Assembly (NCBI GenBank): GCA_028534125.1
Contig: CM052817.1
Location: forward strand, 2,234,001-2,298,000
Direction of reading: 5' to 3'
DNA: 64,000 nt
Source of the DNA: Lama glama
Lineage: Eukaryota
Shown here: positions 23,851 to 36,560 of the stretch, in pieces
How the letters are laid out: the number at the start of each line of letters is the position of its first letter
How positions within the stretch are numbered: position 1 is the first letter of the stretch
Notes under the pieces: generated by a model
The model's input: only the letters and a program-made list of their open reading frames with translations
Database searches by the model: none
Told to the model about the DNA's origin: nothing
Translations under genes and position numbers: made by a program

Positions 23851-24726
23851 CACAACCCCAAGTGCCAGGCCCTGGCGGTGGTGCTTTCAGACCACTCCGT
23901 CTCGGCGCCTTGCCCAGTTGTTGGAGGTAGTGGCTCTGTTTGATCACCTACCTCCCGGGTGTGTGTGATGAGAAGTGTTGCACATTTGACCTCAAACTCG
24001 CTCTGAGCAGTGAGGCTGCTGCTTTAGGGGACACCCCGGCACCTATCCACTCACCGTGGGGTCCTGGGGTCACCCGGGGGCGCTGTTGCTGAGAGCAGGC
24101 CTCTGGCTAGTGTCTGTGACCTCAGCCAGGCCTGACTCACCGGGATGTCCTCCCTCCCTCCTGGGGTGGGAGGGTCCTGGTTCCAGTGAGCTTCCCGCTG
24201 GGGTCTTCACAGCATAGCCAGAAAGTCATGCTGTGGTCTTTGGGCAGCTTCCAGGAGGAAATCACACGATCGAATTTATGGTTGAGAACAAGCCCTTCCC
24301 TCCCCACCCCCACCACTGGGCAGGTGTCAGGGAGAGAGGACAAGCGCCAGGCCACGCCCCCAGCAGGGGGAAGGCTGCGGTGGGGGCGGTACCCTCTGCC
24401 TGGACAGCAGAACCTGCTGCCCCTCCTCCAGCTCCCTGTGCTCCTCCCTCGTCCAGCTACCTGGTGCACACTCCCCACATGGGCTGCCTGGCACACTCCT
24501 CTGCAGACGTCAAAACCCAGAAGGCCGTCCCTGAACCAGAGTGGGGACTAGGTCTTTTCTCCCCTGCTATCCCCACACAGGGCAGACCCTCAGGGATGAT
24601 TCCCTGAGGGACAGGCTCTCCCACTTACCAATGAGGAAACTGAGGCCACACATAGAGCATCAGACTTCAAATTGCACAAACCCTGGCAGCTGGTCCTGAG
24701 ATTCAGGGCTCCTGAGTCCAAGCCTG

Positions 24727-25002
24727 TGTGATGGTCAGTCATGTGTCAGCTTGGCCAGGTCGTAGTCCCCAGTGATTCACTCATCCAGGTGTCGCTGCGA
24801 AGGTATTTCGTAACTGCGTTGACTTCTACAACCTTCAGGTGACCAGGAGAGGCCCACCACCCTGGGGAGGGCTGTCTGCTTTACTCAAGCTGCCGACCCA
24901 AAAGCTAAGCTCATCCAGAAACTGCCTGGTGGACACATGCAGAGTCATGTTGACCAAATGTCAGACCACCCCTCAGGTGGGCAGGTACCGTTAACCACCA
25001 CT
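24727..25002. mobile_element. Two ERVL MLT2 LTR 5' fragments in convergent orientation
   Basis: Plus-strand start TGTGATGGTCAGTCATGTGTCAGCTTGGCCAGG; antisense copy CTGCTTTACTCAAG...CTCATCCAGAAAC...TGACCAAATGTC...TTAACCACCAC. Confidence 0.6.
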
Positions 25003-27929
25003 CTTACAAACACTGAGAGCTGCCCCCCTGGTTTGGGGCCTCACTCTCTAGTCTGGTCCCCAGTTCCTCCACTTCACCGAGCCTCAGTTTCCCTCCTCGC
25101 ACAGAGGAGTGTTGTGTGGCCCCAGCACAGGCCCCGGTACCCCCGGGCTCTGTCTTGGCAGACAGCAGCGGCTGGGCTGATGGTGAAGAGCTGCTGAGGC
25201 CCAGAGAGGGCAGATGCTCCCCCAAGATCACACAGCAGGTCCCTCATGCAGGCTGTCCGGGCTGGGCGTGTCGCTGGGTCTCAGCCCATCTCCTGGCCTC
25301 GGCACAGGGTGCCTGTGGTTTGTACCTCAGCAGCGCTGCATGCAGCACCTGGAAAACCACTTTCTTACGTCTTCTCAACTGCCTCCCTGACAACCTGGGG
25401 GAAGAGATGATTCCATTTCACAGATGGGGAGACCGAGGTGAGTGGGAGGGATTCATCCAGGGTCCCAGCTACCCATGGATACAGATCCAGCCTCGGTCCG
25501 ATTTTCTGCCCCCTGGGCCTCTGCTCAACCTCTTCCCCCTTCCTGTGTCCTATGGCAGGGAGTGGGGTCTGGGAACCTCCATTCAAGCCTGCCTCTGTGA
25601 GTGCGTGCCTGTCTGCCGGGTGTGTGCACGTGTGCTGGTGAGTGTGCAAGCGCCAGTGTGAGCCGTAAGTGTGCACATGTGAGTGCAGATGCACGTGCCT
25701 GTGTGTGCCTGTGTGTGCACGCCCCTGTGACTGGGGCAGGGATGGAGCCGTGAGCGCACTGTGAATCCATAGTTGGTTATTTTGACCGAGACTTGAACTC
25801 CACACTTGAACTCCACACCAAGGTTCACTAGCCTTTGCTTCAAAAGAAGTTTCCTGAAGGAACAAAAACAAGCCAATGAACAAACTTGAAAGCACCGAGA
25901 AAAGGCTCAGGGCAGCCATGGCTGGCTCACAGCCGCTGGCAGATCAGAAGCAGGTTGTCTGCGTGATGGGAGTCATACACGGGACTCTGAAAGAGAGCTG
26001 GAAGCCGGTCCGGGTGGCCAGGTGTGCCATGCATCTGCCAACATCCCTCGGGGCTGGTGGCATCTCAGCTGTGGAGCCTGGGTCCTGTGTCGTGCGGAGA
26101 AGCCGGAGCCAGGAAGCCCACAAGCCAGCTTGCCCCTCCGAGCACCCAGAGGCCCTGAGAGGTGGTGTCCCGTCCCTCCGTGTGCACGGCGGCTGCCGTG
26201 AGCTTGGACATGGCTGAGCAGGGATTTGACCTAGGATGGCGGTCCCCAAGGCCTGGGCCTGCCCCTGTATCCCACAAGGCCCCGTTTCAGTGGCCCCCAC
26301 TGCTCAGGCCCCACTGGATGTCCACAAGTCCTGGACTGCTCAGCCCTTTCTGCAAGGAGCCTTCGTACAGCCTGTTCCCTCTGGCTGGAACTCCCTCCCC
26401 CAACCTCCCTGGTCTTAGTCCAGAGCCTGAGGTAGGGGTTAGGGCCCCTGGCTTACGTGGGAGGCGCAGTCTCAGGATAAAGGAGGGAGGAAGGAGGGAG
26501 GGGAGGCTGGGGAGGATGGGGAGTGGTGCCAAGCCATCACCACCCTGGCTGTCACTGTGGATGAGATGCCAGAGCCACATAGGGCATCTCCAGACAAGTC
26601 ACAATCGCTCTGTGGGGACTTAACCTCGGGCATCACCCGCCGCTTTGGCAGAGGCTTGGGAAACGTGACCCTGAGCGCTGTGGCCCTCTGCCTGAGTCTG
26701 AAGGTGGTGGAAGCTTCTGGAGGTTCCAGGGTGTGAGACAGGTCAGCCCCAGGCCACGTGGCCGCAGGGAGCTGGTCAGCAGAGGCAGGAGCAGTGGGGA
26801 AGCAGAGAGGCTGAGGGTCCAGGGGCGGTGATGTCCCCCAGGGGCTACTCCTGATCAACCCCCTGCCCCGGCCATCCTGCCCTGGAGCCCCCTGAGGTCA
26901 GCTGACCTTGCACTAGCTAGTTTTCCTGGAACCAGGCTCTGCCCTACGAGAAGGCTCTTTGCTCTTGGTAACTGGCCTCATGCCCAGCGGATGCCCCCGT
27001 TAGCCCCGGCCCGGCTCCTCCCCCCGCCCTGGGAGCTCTGAGCCGCTGGCCAGTGTTCTGTGCTCCCCGCTCTTGGCGAGCAGATGAAAACTCTAAATGA
27101 AGCGAGTGGACGGCTGGGCCTCAGCCTGATCTCAGGGTAGAGCTCAGGTCACGTTGCTCCCTGCCCAGAGCCGTCCCGTTTGGTCCAGCGCTGAAGGTGT
27201 GGGACAGGCTCCCGTTCCATGTGCATCAACACGGGGCGCGCACGCGCACGCGCGCAGAGGGGAGAAAGCGTCTTGGCGCCGGGCCTGCGGGGCCGGCGGC
27301 ACCTGCCCCCCCCCCCGCGCTGGGTTACATCCAGGCTGTACCCAGGCAGAAACCCCTCCCCCTCCTCGAGCCTGGAGCGTGAAAACTAATAACCTTGGGA
27401 GGGCACAGCTCCTCCAACCCAGTGGCCACACACTGCTCGCCTGTCCCATCCTGGTCCCCGCGGAGTGTCGGGAGCCCTGTCCTCGCTCGGTCGCTTGGTT
27501 TTAAACAACAAAGGCAGGTTGGGGCTTCACAGTGGCTGAGACGACCCCATTGGTGGCATCTGGAGGCTCTGATGGGTCATCCGAACAGATGGGTCCAGAG
27601 GGGAGCAGATGCGCTGGACCAGACACGGGGTGACCGTGGGAGGCCAGCCGTCTGAGACCCCGTGGGAGGCGGCACTTCCCCGCCAGCGCTGTGCAGCCCC
27701 AGGAGCTCACCTGGGGAGGAGCCCCTGGGCCCCAGGCCAGTTGCAGACGGGGCCGCTGTCCCTCCCGCGGACTCGGCTTCTGAGAGGAGCCTTTGAGGGT
27801 CCAGGGGCTGCTCCCGACGTGTGTGAAGTGGGTCCCCGTGGCACACTCGGGTGCCAGCCACCCTCCCTTCAAGCAGGGAGTGCTTGTCCGCTGTGAGCAG
27901 GTGGTCAGCTGACAGTGTCCCCCTGGAGG

Positions 27930-28295
27930 GGGCTGGCTGGTGTCCACCCCCAACTCACACCCACTCAGAACCTCAGGGTGTGGAACAGGTCTTAGCGGCA
28001 GGGAACAGCTGAGATGCGGTCACTGCGCTGGGTGGGCCCTACGTCCCCTGACTGGTACCCTTGTAGGAAGGGAGGACACACACAGGGAGGGGCCACATGA
28101 CCACGGAGGATTGCTCAGAGTGGGCTGGCCAGGAGCCCAGGAGCACCAAGAATGCCGGCCGACACCAGGACTGGAAGGGACAAGGAGGAACCCTCCCCGG
28201 AGCCTCAGAGGGAGGCAGCCCTGCCTGCACGTGGGTTTTGAACTTGCAGCCTCCAGGCTGCTGTGTGAAGCCAGCCAGCTGTGACGCTCGCAAGC
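27930..28295 (+). mobile_element. MaLR solo LTR (MLT1C-like), degenerate
   Basis: CAGAACCTCAGGGTGTGGAACAGG...GAGCCTCAGAGGGAGGCAGCCCTGCC...TTTTGAACTTGCAGCCTCCAG. Confidence 0.65.
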
Positions 28296-30169
28296 AAGGG
28301 GAGGGGGCGGGAGGCCATGGGGGTCTCTGCGCCTACCTCTCTCCTCCTTGGCCCAGCCCGAGGTGCGCCTGGGGCCCCTTGAGTCTGACAGTCTGCACCC
28401 TGTGGGGACCTCCCTCCAGCCCTGGTGGTTGGGTGAATGAATGAGTGAATGGATGAATAACAGCCCCTCTGACCCGGAGGACACACGCTGGGGCCCTGCA
28501 GGCCAGCCTGGCCTCAGACTTACACTTACAGTGTCAGCAAAATGAATGGGTTTAAACCAGGAAATTACCGGGACCAAAACACACCACAGGCCTCTAGTAA
28601 CAGATCTGGGGTCCTGCACCCTGGGCCTCTCCACCCCCTTCCTCCCTCCCTGCACGGCCCAGTGGGGGCCCGAGGAGCTGCCCCAAGGAGAACCTTCCCT
28701 TCCCCAAGGTCCTGCGCCTGTCAGCGGGGCCGCGCCTTAGCCAGGTGCTGTCCTGAGCGAAGGGCCAGCCCATGGCAAGCTGACGGTGACCCCAGGGGCC
28801 CCGGCCACACTCCCGGGTACTCCAGGCCACGTGGATGTCCACCTGCAGGGTTAGCGTGGCTCTGCAGCGGCTGAGTCCTGTTCCATCGGCACGGCGCTCT
28901 GTCCCCTCCTCCAGCGCCGCCAAATCCTCAGCCGTTGGCCTGCACTGCGCTGGCTCGGCTTCTGGAAGACTGGAGGCCCGGATGAGATCCTGGGATGCCC
29001 AGCTCAGCTCACCCTGCCTCCCCCCACCTCCAGCCTCGAGAAAATGTCCGTGTCAGTTGGTCAGGGCTTGAGGGCCGTCTGGGGAGCCTGCGTCCAGCCT
29101 GGACTTAAGGGAGGGCTAGGTGGGCTGGGACGCAGTCATGCCCATCACTGGGGGTGCAGGCGCACAGGTGGGCAGGTGGGCAGGGCCCCCTCAGGGGAGG
29201 CTGCAGAGGGGAGGATCCAGTTTGGCACGGCCACACGATGAGGGGTATGGTTACCGCCTCGCGGGGTCCTGTGAGGGGTCAATCCATGAACCCGGGCCGG
29301 GCGCAGAGGGAGGCCCACAGCAGGGCTGCTGTGAGGGTCAGGCCCCCTGCCTCGGTTCCCCTGCATGCTCAGGGCGTGGAGCCAGGGGACCAGTCCTGCA
29401 CATCCTTCTCTCTGCACTGGCTCTCAACCTCCTCTCCGGGCTCTGGGGCACAAAGAACATCTCCAGGGCCCCTGAGAGGTGTGTGTCCTGGCTTTGGGAT
29501 CAACCCAAACTGGGCTTAATTCCCTGGAGCGGCCATCTGGCTCTGAGCACTGGGGGACTTTTCCAGCGTCCCTGGGGAGCCGGGCCCTTCTGCAGGCTGT
29601 ATCATGCGTATCTGTCGTTCCTTCCTCTCTCCTGGCAGGGGCTCCAGGGCCCTTCTGGGCTCCCATTCCTTGCGGGAGGTGGGCGTCTGGCCTGGGGAGG
29701 CTGCGAGGGGCAGGGATGGACCGGGCCCTCCAAGCTCCGATTCCAGCCATGCTTGGCTGCCTCTGCTGGGCCAGGCCCCGCAGAGCTGCAGAGTCATGAA
29801 CAGGAGGGAACATTCCAGAGGGTGTCCCCAACCTCAGGGAAGCACCTGCTGGGGACTCTGCCTGGGCCTTGGGGCTCTGCAGGGCGGGTGTCGTGTGGCC
29901 GTTACCACTGCTGCTTCTAGAACCTGTGGGAAAGGATGTGTTCAGCCGATGCCTTTGCTGAGACCCCACTGTGTGCAGGAAACCCGACAGGAGTGACCAC
30001 ACTGTGGGGTCACTGCTCTGAACGAGGGGGACCCTGGGAAACATGCAGAGGCACCTGGTCCAGCACTATTGGAACTCAATCTTGAAGGCAAAGTTGACAC
30101 TGCACATCTGGAGGAGGAGGAGGAGGAGGAGGAAGAAGGGTGTTACAGGCAAGGAACAGCATGAGCAGC

Positions 30170-30330
30170 CGCTTAGAAGGCTCCTCGATCCACAGCGACA
30201 TTGCACACAGATGAAACGCGGATCCCGGGGCCCACTTCAGGCCCTGGGGCCAGAGCTGCTACAGCGGGTGTCTGGGAGTCTGCATTTTTAGCGAACACTG
30301 CAGGTTCGCTTTGAAGCAACACCAATAACT
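30170..30330. mobile_element. MER5-like hAT-Charlie fragment
   Basis: GGATCCCGGGGCCCAC...GGGAGTCTGCATTTTTAGC pattern. Confidence 0.4.
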
Positions 30331-31949
30331 CAAATGCCACAGTCAGCCACCCCCATCCGCCAGGGGCCCCAGCTCCAGATTCCTCAAAGACATCTGCTGG
30401 CCCCACCCTCTACTTCAGGGACTTGCCCAGACACCCGGAACCTTCTTAGAAGGGGGTCAGCCGCCCGACCTTTGTCAGGGCCCCACCCTCTCCCCTGGGC
30501 ACCTTCTTGGACTGGTGGGGCAGGGGTTCCCTGACACCCCGCCGTGTCGTCCCAGCCCCGGGCCTTAGGCTCGCTGTCCAGGGGGCCTGGACGTTATAGG
30601 GACGTCCCACTGCCTGGCGCCCCACATTGACTCCCGACGCAGGCTGGGAACTCTGGGGCCCTTGGGAGTTTGTGTGACAACAGGACTGCCTGCTCCCTGA
30701 CCCAGAGAGAAACTCCCTGCTAGGAAGGGCTTCTGCCAGCCAGACTGGGCCCTCGGACTCCCACAGGCAGCTGGCGAGTTTGGGGGAAGCATGCGCGCGG
30801 CTGGGAGCTGCGGCCGCCGGGCCAGTGTCTCAGCACGAGCTCAGACAGCGGGTGCGGGCCGGCAGGGCCCGGGGCATGCTGCTGAGTGGGCCCTGGAGAC
30901 GGCCTATGGAAGAGCTATGTCCAATTTCTGCATCCTGAGTGGGCGGTGGCCTCTGTCCTCTGACCAGCAGACAAGGACTCTGAGGACCTCCCGGGCCAGC
31001 AGTTCTCCCTCCTTGGGGCAGGGACCAGGAGGCGTTTCTGAAACTCTGTCCTTAGAGCAATTCATACAATTGCTTTCTAGTCCCAGATTTGGGAAGGGTT
31101 CCACAGGAGCTGAGCATGGGTGCAGTCTTGTCATCAGGTAAACAAATTATCTGCAGTCCCGGGTCCCTCCATTCCTGTCCGCGGCCTCAGATGTCTCACC
31201 AGAACCGCCAGCCTCCTTCCCGCCTGCAGGCCTTTGCTGGTCTCCATCTCCCCACTGGACGGCATCTCCGACCCATCTGTCCACACCCACCCAGGCCTCC
31301 CTCAGACCAGCACCTGGTCCAGGCAGGGCCCTGGGTCTCCTTCCCTCTGCTCTCGCTGGGTGTGGCCACGCTGGCACCACTGAAACCAGGGTCGAGGGCT
31401 CTGGCCCCCAGCAGTGAGCCGCGCTGAGCCCAGGGGGCCTGGGGGGGACCCTGCGCTTGGGTGCTCTTTCCAGGCAGAAACCACACGACCGAGGAAACCA
31501 GTGCTTCTGACCAGCCACTGAGTCAGCACATGCACCCACGCCCCGTGCTGTATCTTACGTTTCGTTTCACTGAAGCAATATGTCCAAAAAGTCAAATCAT
31601 TCTTCAAGGGGTATCATACAAGCATCTGCCTCCCCGCCTGCCCCACGAAGCAAAGACTCTCAGCTTTCCGTCCGTCTGGGGTCCGGTTTGCACTGCTCGG
31701 TTTGGCGCGTCTGTTTCCAGGTGACACGTCATTCTGCCTTATGCTGATCTGTCCACTTTAGACCCCAGCCCTTGACTTCTCTGCAGACAGATGTGCAAGT
31801 TGAATTCTCTCAGAGCCTCCACCTCCCCACGCAGGGAAATCACATTTTGGATTAAATGACTGTTCAATATGAATCAACTCGTCAACCTATGGCTTAAATC
31901 TTTTTAGTCAAGTTCATCAACACATCGGTTCTCTACTCAAATCCCCACT

Positions 31950-33100
31950 GTGTCTCTTCAGCAACCCTCCCCCTGTCCCCGAGGTGAGCCGCAGACACCC
32001 CCTGGGGGGTGCGTTCACATTTTCTCGTGTTTCCGTCACCAGTTGCTGAACTTTTCCCCAAAGTGTGCATGAACTCACCATCCTTTGTGCTTCACGCGGC
32101 AAGTGGCTTGTCCCGCCCCTCTTTCTCTCTAGAAACATCCGTCTGGAAGACAGACGCCTTCTCACCCCTGCTCCCAGCTGCTCAGTCTCTTTCCTGCGAC
32201 GACCCCCGTTTCCTAGATCCCAAGTCTGCCTGCTTGTGGTTTCAGTGTCTCCTTTGGTGCCACACGTCCTCCGAGAGGTCCTGGCCAGGGGCGCAGGGGC
32301 CGGGCATCCTCTGAGTACCAGAGAGTCCCTGTCTGGCCCCGGCACCAGGAGGTGGTGGTGTGGCTGCTGTGGAATTTGGGTGCCTGTGAACTTTCTCGGC
32401 CACGGGCGCTCCGCCCTCCCCGGCTTCCAGGATGCAGCTGAGAAGTTCTAGTGCATTCTGATTCCTTGTCTTCTTTTGTGACCTACTTCTGTTTCCCTGC
32501 AGTGAGATTTCACCAGGATGCGCTTAGCAGCTCTGTGGCACGCCTGTGCCGAGCGCTCAGAGGCCTGTGAACCGGACTGATGGTCTTCGTGCCGGAACGT
32601 GGGTCAGAGTCGTTTCTTTGCTGCCAGTCTCCCTGCCCTCCCTCATCCCGCGTCCGTGCTCCTGGGGACGGTCCTTCAGTGCACGCGTCCCTGTCTCTGC
32701 CCCACCTGCTCTCTCCCTGAATCCCTGTTCTCGCGTCACCCTGTGTCCTCACTGTTACCTTCTCCATCTTCCACCGCCAGCTAATTAATGTGCAGGAATG
32801 TTTGTTGTCTGCCGAGCGCTCGTTTCTACGGGGCACGGTCTTACTCCGTGGCGGCACCATCTCTCCTTGGCTGCGAGCCTCGCTCTCTTCTTCCAGGAGC
32901 TCCTCTCCTCCCTGCTTATTCCCAGTTTCCTTGGCAGTTTGGGTTTGTGTTTCTGTCTTTTGTGCTGGAGGCCCTCTCTGATGTTGGAGCCCCAGGGTCT
33001 GCGATGGTCCGTCGTACGGGGATCAGGTTCTGTGACCCTCGGTCTGATTACCTGACCCCATGCTCCTCCCCGCCCCCCAGCGCCACCCAGAGCAGAGCCT
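31950..33100 (-). mobile_element. HAL1/L1M-like fragment, GC-shifted
   Basis: GCTGAGAAGTTCTAGTGCATTCTGATTCCTTG...GAGATTTCACCAGGATGCGCTT resembles antisense HAL1 or the L1 ORF1 region. Confidence 0.45.
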
Positions 33101-33399
33101 GCTACCTCGGGCTGTTTGCTCCCTGACTCTGCCGCCTCCCACGGGCAGGGCTCTGTGCAGGGGGACGCTCTCTGCAGCGCTGTCTGTGAGCCCGAAAAGC
33201 CGGGCAAAGCTACACGTGCTTCTCCAGGGCACCCACTGCTCGTGTCTGGGTCCGTCGTTGCTGGGAACACCGTGCGGTTTCAAGCGACGAGCAGGTCTGT
33301 GTCTGTTGCACGGAAAGCCATCCAGGATACAAGAGCAGTTTGCGGGACGCCAGGTAGATCGTGAGTCTGCCGATGCTGGTGAACCTGCGTGCACATTCA

Positions 33400-33550
33400 G
33401 AGGTCTGTCTGGGAGGACGTTTACCAAAAAGCTGGGGGAGATTCTGGGCGGTGAGATCTGGAGTGATTTCCGTTTCCTTCTTTACGCTTTTCTGTATTAT
33501 CTGAATTTTTTTCCTGCAGTCATGTATTGCCTTGATAATCATTTTCAGGA
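33400..33550 (+). mobile_element. L1ME-type 3' end
   Basis: GTGATTTCCGTTTCCTTCTTTACGCTTTTCTGTATTATCTGAATTTTTT...CATGTATTGCCTTGATAATCA. Confidence 0.6.
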
Positions 33551-34049
33551 GAATGAACAGCCTTCACTCGAACAGTTCCCTGACTGCCCCAAAGCCCAGC
33601 CGACTCCCCGCAGCTCACGAGGCACGGCCCGCGCCTCCCCAGCTGCGCTCACTCCCGCCCCGTCACCGCCCACCTCCCCTGCGCCTGCTTGTCCCCGGTC
33701 CGGGGCCTTTCTCGCCTCTGTGTCCTCCCGGTCGCCCTGCCTTCCCCCTTCTGGCTTTGCCTGTGTCGGGCGGGCCTTCCTCAGTTCCGTCCCACGCGGA
33801 CCGCGCAGTCTGGGTCTTTGGAGGGCGCACGGCCCCGCTTTGCGGCCCTGCCTCGGACTTAGGCACAGCTTCCATTTCTCTGGTCTCTGAGGTGGGCTGG
33901 AAGCAGGACAGCAAGTGCAGAGAGATCTGCAGAGTTGTACCCACCAACGCACACCCCGGCGCCCAGCACGGCGCCCGGGACACAGCAGACACGGGAGAGA
34001 TTTGAGAATGAGTGAATCGAGGACTGAGTGCATCTTAAGGCGGAGGCAA

Positions 34050-34420
34050 GGAAAGCAAATTTGTGAGCTAGAGCTTTCGTTTCTGTTCTCCCGAAGAGAT
34101 AAAATAAGAATGTCCTGGAATAGTCGTGGTGTAATTTAAGTAAATGTAAAAAATCAGTTTACAGCCGAGCTCAGAATGGTTTATTTATCTGAGAAATTGG
34201 TGCTTTCCTTAACAAGTCAGTAAACGGTGCTTTGGAAGGCAGGGCTAATTGCTCAGCCCTCGGGTTTTAACGCCTGTGTGTGTAAATATCTGCTCTTATT
34301 GTTAAAAGTAATGTTTAAATACATGGAAGGAATCAAGTGATGTTTACTTTCCACTTTTTCTCCCTTTTGAGACAAGCTGGCTAATTGGGAGTTAATTTGT
34401 TTTGGAAAGATTCAGGCTTT
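34050..34420. promoter_or_regulatory. Candidate enhancer: AT-rich island with clustered FOX, GATA, NKX2 and homeobox motifs
   Basis: TGTTTAC 34341-34347, GTAAATA 34282-34288, TATTTAT 34182-34188, AGATAA 34097-34102, TTATCT 34185-34190, TCAAGTG 34333-34339, several TAATT. Confidence 0.5.
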
Positions 34421-35599
34421 TTTGTTTAAGGCCCGGGAGTGAAAGGTCTCTCTTCCAAGGCATAAAATTTCCACTCTCCGTGCTGAGGGCTGCAGGCTGT
34501 TTGAAAAACAAATGCTATTAGAAACTGGAGTGGACCAGATTTCATTCTTTGGATTTAACCACACGTCTGCTCCTTGGTGTTTACGAGCCCAGGGACGGGA
34601 ACCTGGACCTTGTTTGCAGCCGTGACCCTGCGGCCCCCAGCTCACCCAGGAGCAGCCTCGTGGCTGGTGCAGACTGTCTGGATCTTGGGTGGGGCACGGC
34701 CTTGCGGGAGCTGCTGGCTCCTGGGCTGTGGTCGGGGTCGGGGCTGGGAGGAGAAGGGGTAACCTTGACAGGTGCGCAGGGCCCCGAGGGTCGGACAGGG
34801 TCTGTGACTCCAGGACATGAGTGTGCAGGGAATGTGTTTGGTTCTTGTAGGAGGAAGCAAGGCTGAAGGAGGAATCCCAGGCTTCGGCCAGCCCCCTGGG
34901 GGGCTGGGACCTGCAGGGCTGGGGGGAGTGGGAGCAGGGGAGGTCTCCTAATGCCCTGGCTGAGTGACCCTTAAGCCTTTGAGTATCAGGGATCAGCCCA
35001 TCCTGGCAGCCTGGCCCATCAGGACCCACATCCTGGACGCATCCTGGGGGGATCCTGGCGGGGGGGTGCCTGACAGCTTATGGGGCAGCAGGCAGGCAGA
35101 AGTCCGCCCAGAGCCCACGAGGAGGGCCTGCGGGCCTGCACCCCTTGGGTCTGTGTTCCTTCCACCCTCCTGGGTCCCAGGCAGGGGTCCAGGCCGCAGT
35201 GGAGTAAGTTAGCCAAGTAATGGGGCCAAAATGGAGTGTTTCTTCTAAAGGGCGAAACAGCCCATTTTTCTTCATCTCCAAAGCTGACAGCTTGGAATGT
35301 CCTCTGGGCACAGAGCTCTGGTGCTGGAGAAGGCCAGCGTCACTGGACAAACAGCCCGCTGCGTGCCCCGCCGGGTGTGCGTGGGGTGCGGGGGTGAGGC
35401 CACCGCTGGCCGTCCTGGTGGCCTGGGTCACTGCTTCTCTGTGTGCGCAGCTGAGCAGACACGGGCCCCAGGGTTAGCCCCACCTTTGGACCAAATGGAG
35501 CCGGTGCTCTGGCGGTGTGACCTGGGACTCTGCGCCCTGCACGTGCCCTGGTGGCCCAGGTACACGGCATCTGAGCGTCTGGGCAGCAGTGTCACTCTG

Positions 35600-35835
35600 A
35601 CCGATGCCTGATTTTGTCACGAGACAGAAAGTGCTCGAGGCCTTTGGACAGAGGTGGAGAGCTGCCCACTCGGGAGGCTGAGGCGACTGCTGGCCAGTGG
35701 GAGACCTGTCCTACCAAGGGTGGCATGTGAGCGAGGTTCTGAAGGATGTGGAGTGTCACAGGCAGAGGGGACTGTGGGAAGGAGGGGCAAGGAGGGGGCT
35801 GTCCTTCCAGGTGGAGGGGACAGCACAGGCCAGGC
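35600..35835 (-). mobile_element. L2 fragment
   Basis: GTGGCATGTGAGCGAGGTTCTGAAGGATGTGGAG...CTTCCAGGTGGAGGGGACAGCACAGGCCAGGCCCAGAGG. Confidence 0.55.
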
Positions 35836-36219
35836 CCAGAGGTGGGGGCTGGGTGGAGAATCGAGTCTCATCACTTTGGGCTGCAGTCCACACTCCTCAT
35901 GGGGAGATCACAGGAGATGGGGGACCCCAAAGAGAAGTCTTTAGGTAAGAGATGGGCTCCGAGGGAGAAGGCCCAGCAGAGCCCGGTGGGTGGGGGGTGG
36001 GCAGGGGAAAGTCTCCCTGGTTTGGTGCATCCCCCACCCTGGTGGGGCAGACCCTGAGGATGTCCCCTCCCTCCTCCCTCTAGAGCCCAGGTGGGGCCCA
36101 GACCCCCAGTTGAAGCCCAGCACACTCCTTCCCTGTTTGCATCTTTTACTTTGCCTGGGGTGCCCTCTGCACCCAGCCACCCCTGCTGGATGTAAGAGTG
36201 TAGAACAAGTGTCACTTTG

Positions 36220-36560
36220 CATAGGTTAGCTCTGGTCTCGGTAATGCTGAGTAACAAACCATCACAACTCAGAGGCTTACGACAGAGCATTTGCTTCTTA
36301 CTCACAAGCCTGTGCTTGGCTAGGGCTTGGCTACTCTGAGCTAAGCGCAGCTGGGGATCCAGGCTGTGGGCTCACGTCAGCATTGCTGTGCCCGTCCCCG
36401 TCCCCCCGGGCAGGCCCTCCTCACAGGGGAGGTCAGAGGCTCCAGAAGGTTGACGTGCAGAAGCAAGTGTGGCCTCTCGAGGCTCGGACTCAGGACACAG
36501 TCTGTTCCCTCCACTCATTCTGTTGGCCAGGCCCTGGGGGAGGGAGGGGGCCTGGCCACA
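36220..36560 (-). mobile_element. Old MaLR LTR (MLT1J/K-like)
   Basis: GGTAATGCTGAGTAACAAACCATCACAACTCAGAGGCTTACGACAGAGCATTTGCTTCTTACTCAC. Confidence 0.6.

Noticed and set aside
24068..24085. CTCF-like GGTCACCCGGGGGCGCTG
   Set aside because: It mismatches at core positions, and similar strings are frequent at this GC content.
30043..30291. ATG-initiated ORF with an NLS-like or protamine-like poly-Arg run
   Set aside because: The Arg run is a (GGA)n microsatellite and the 3' part overlaps a MER5-like element; no homology recognised.
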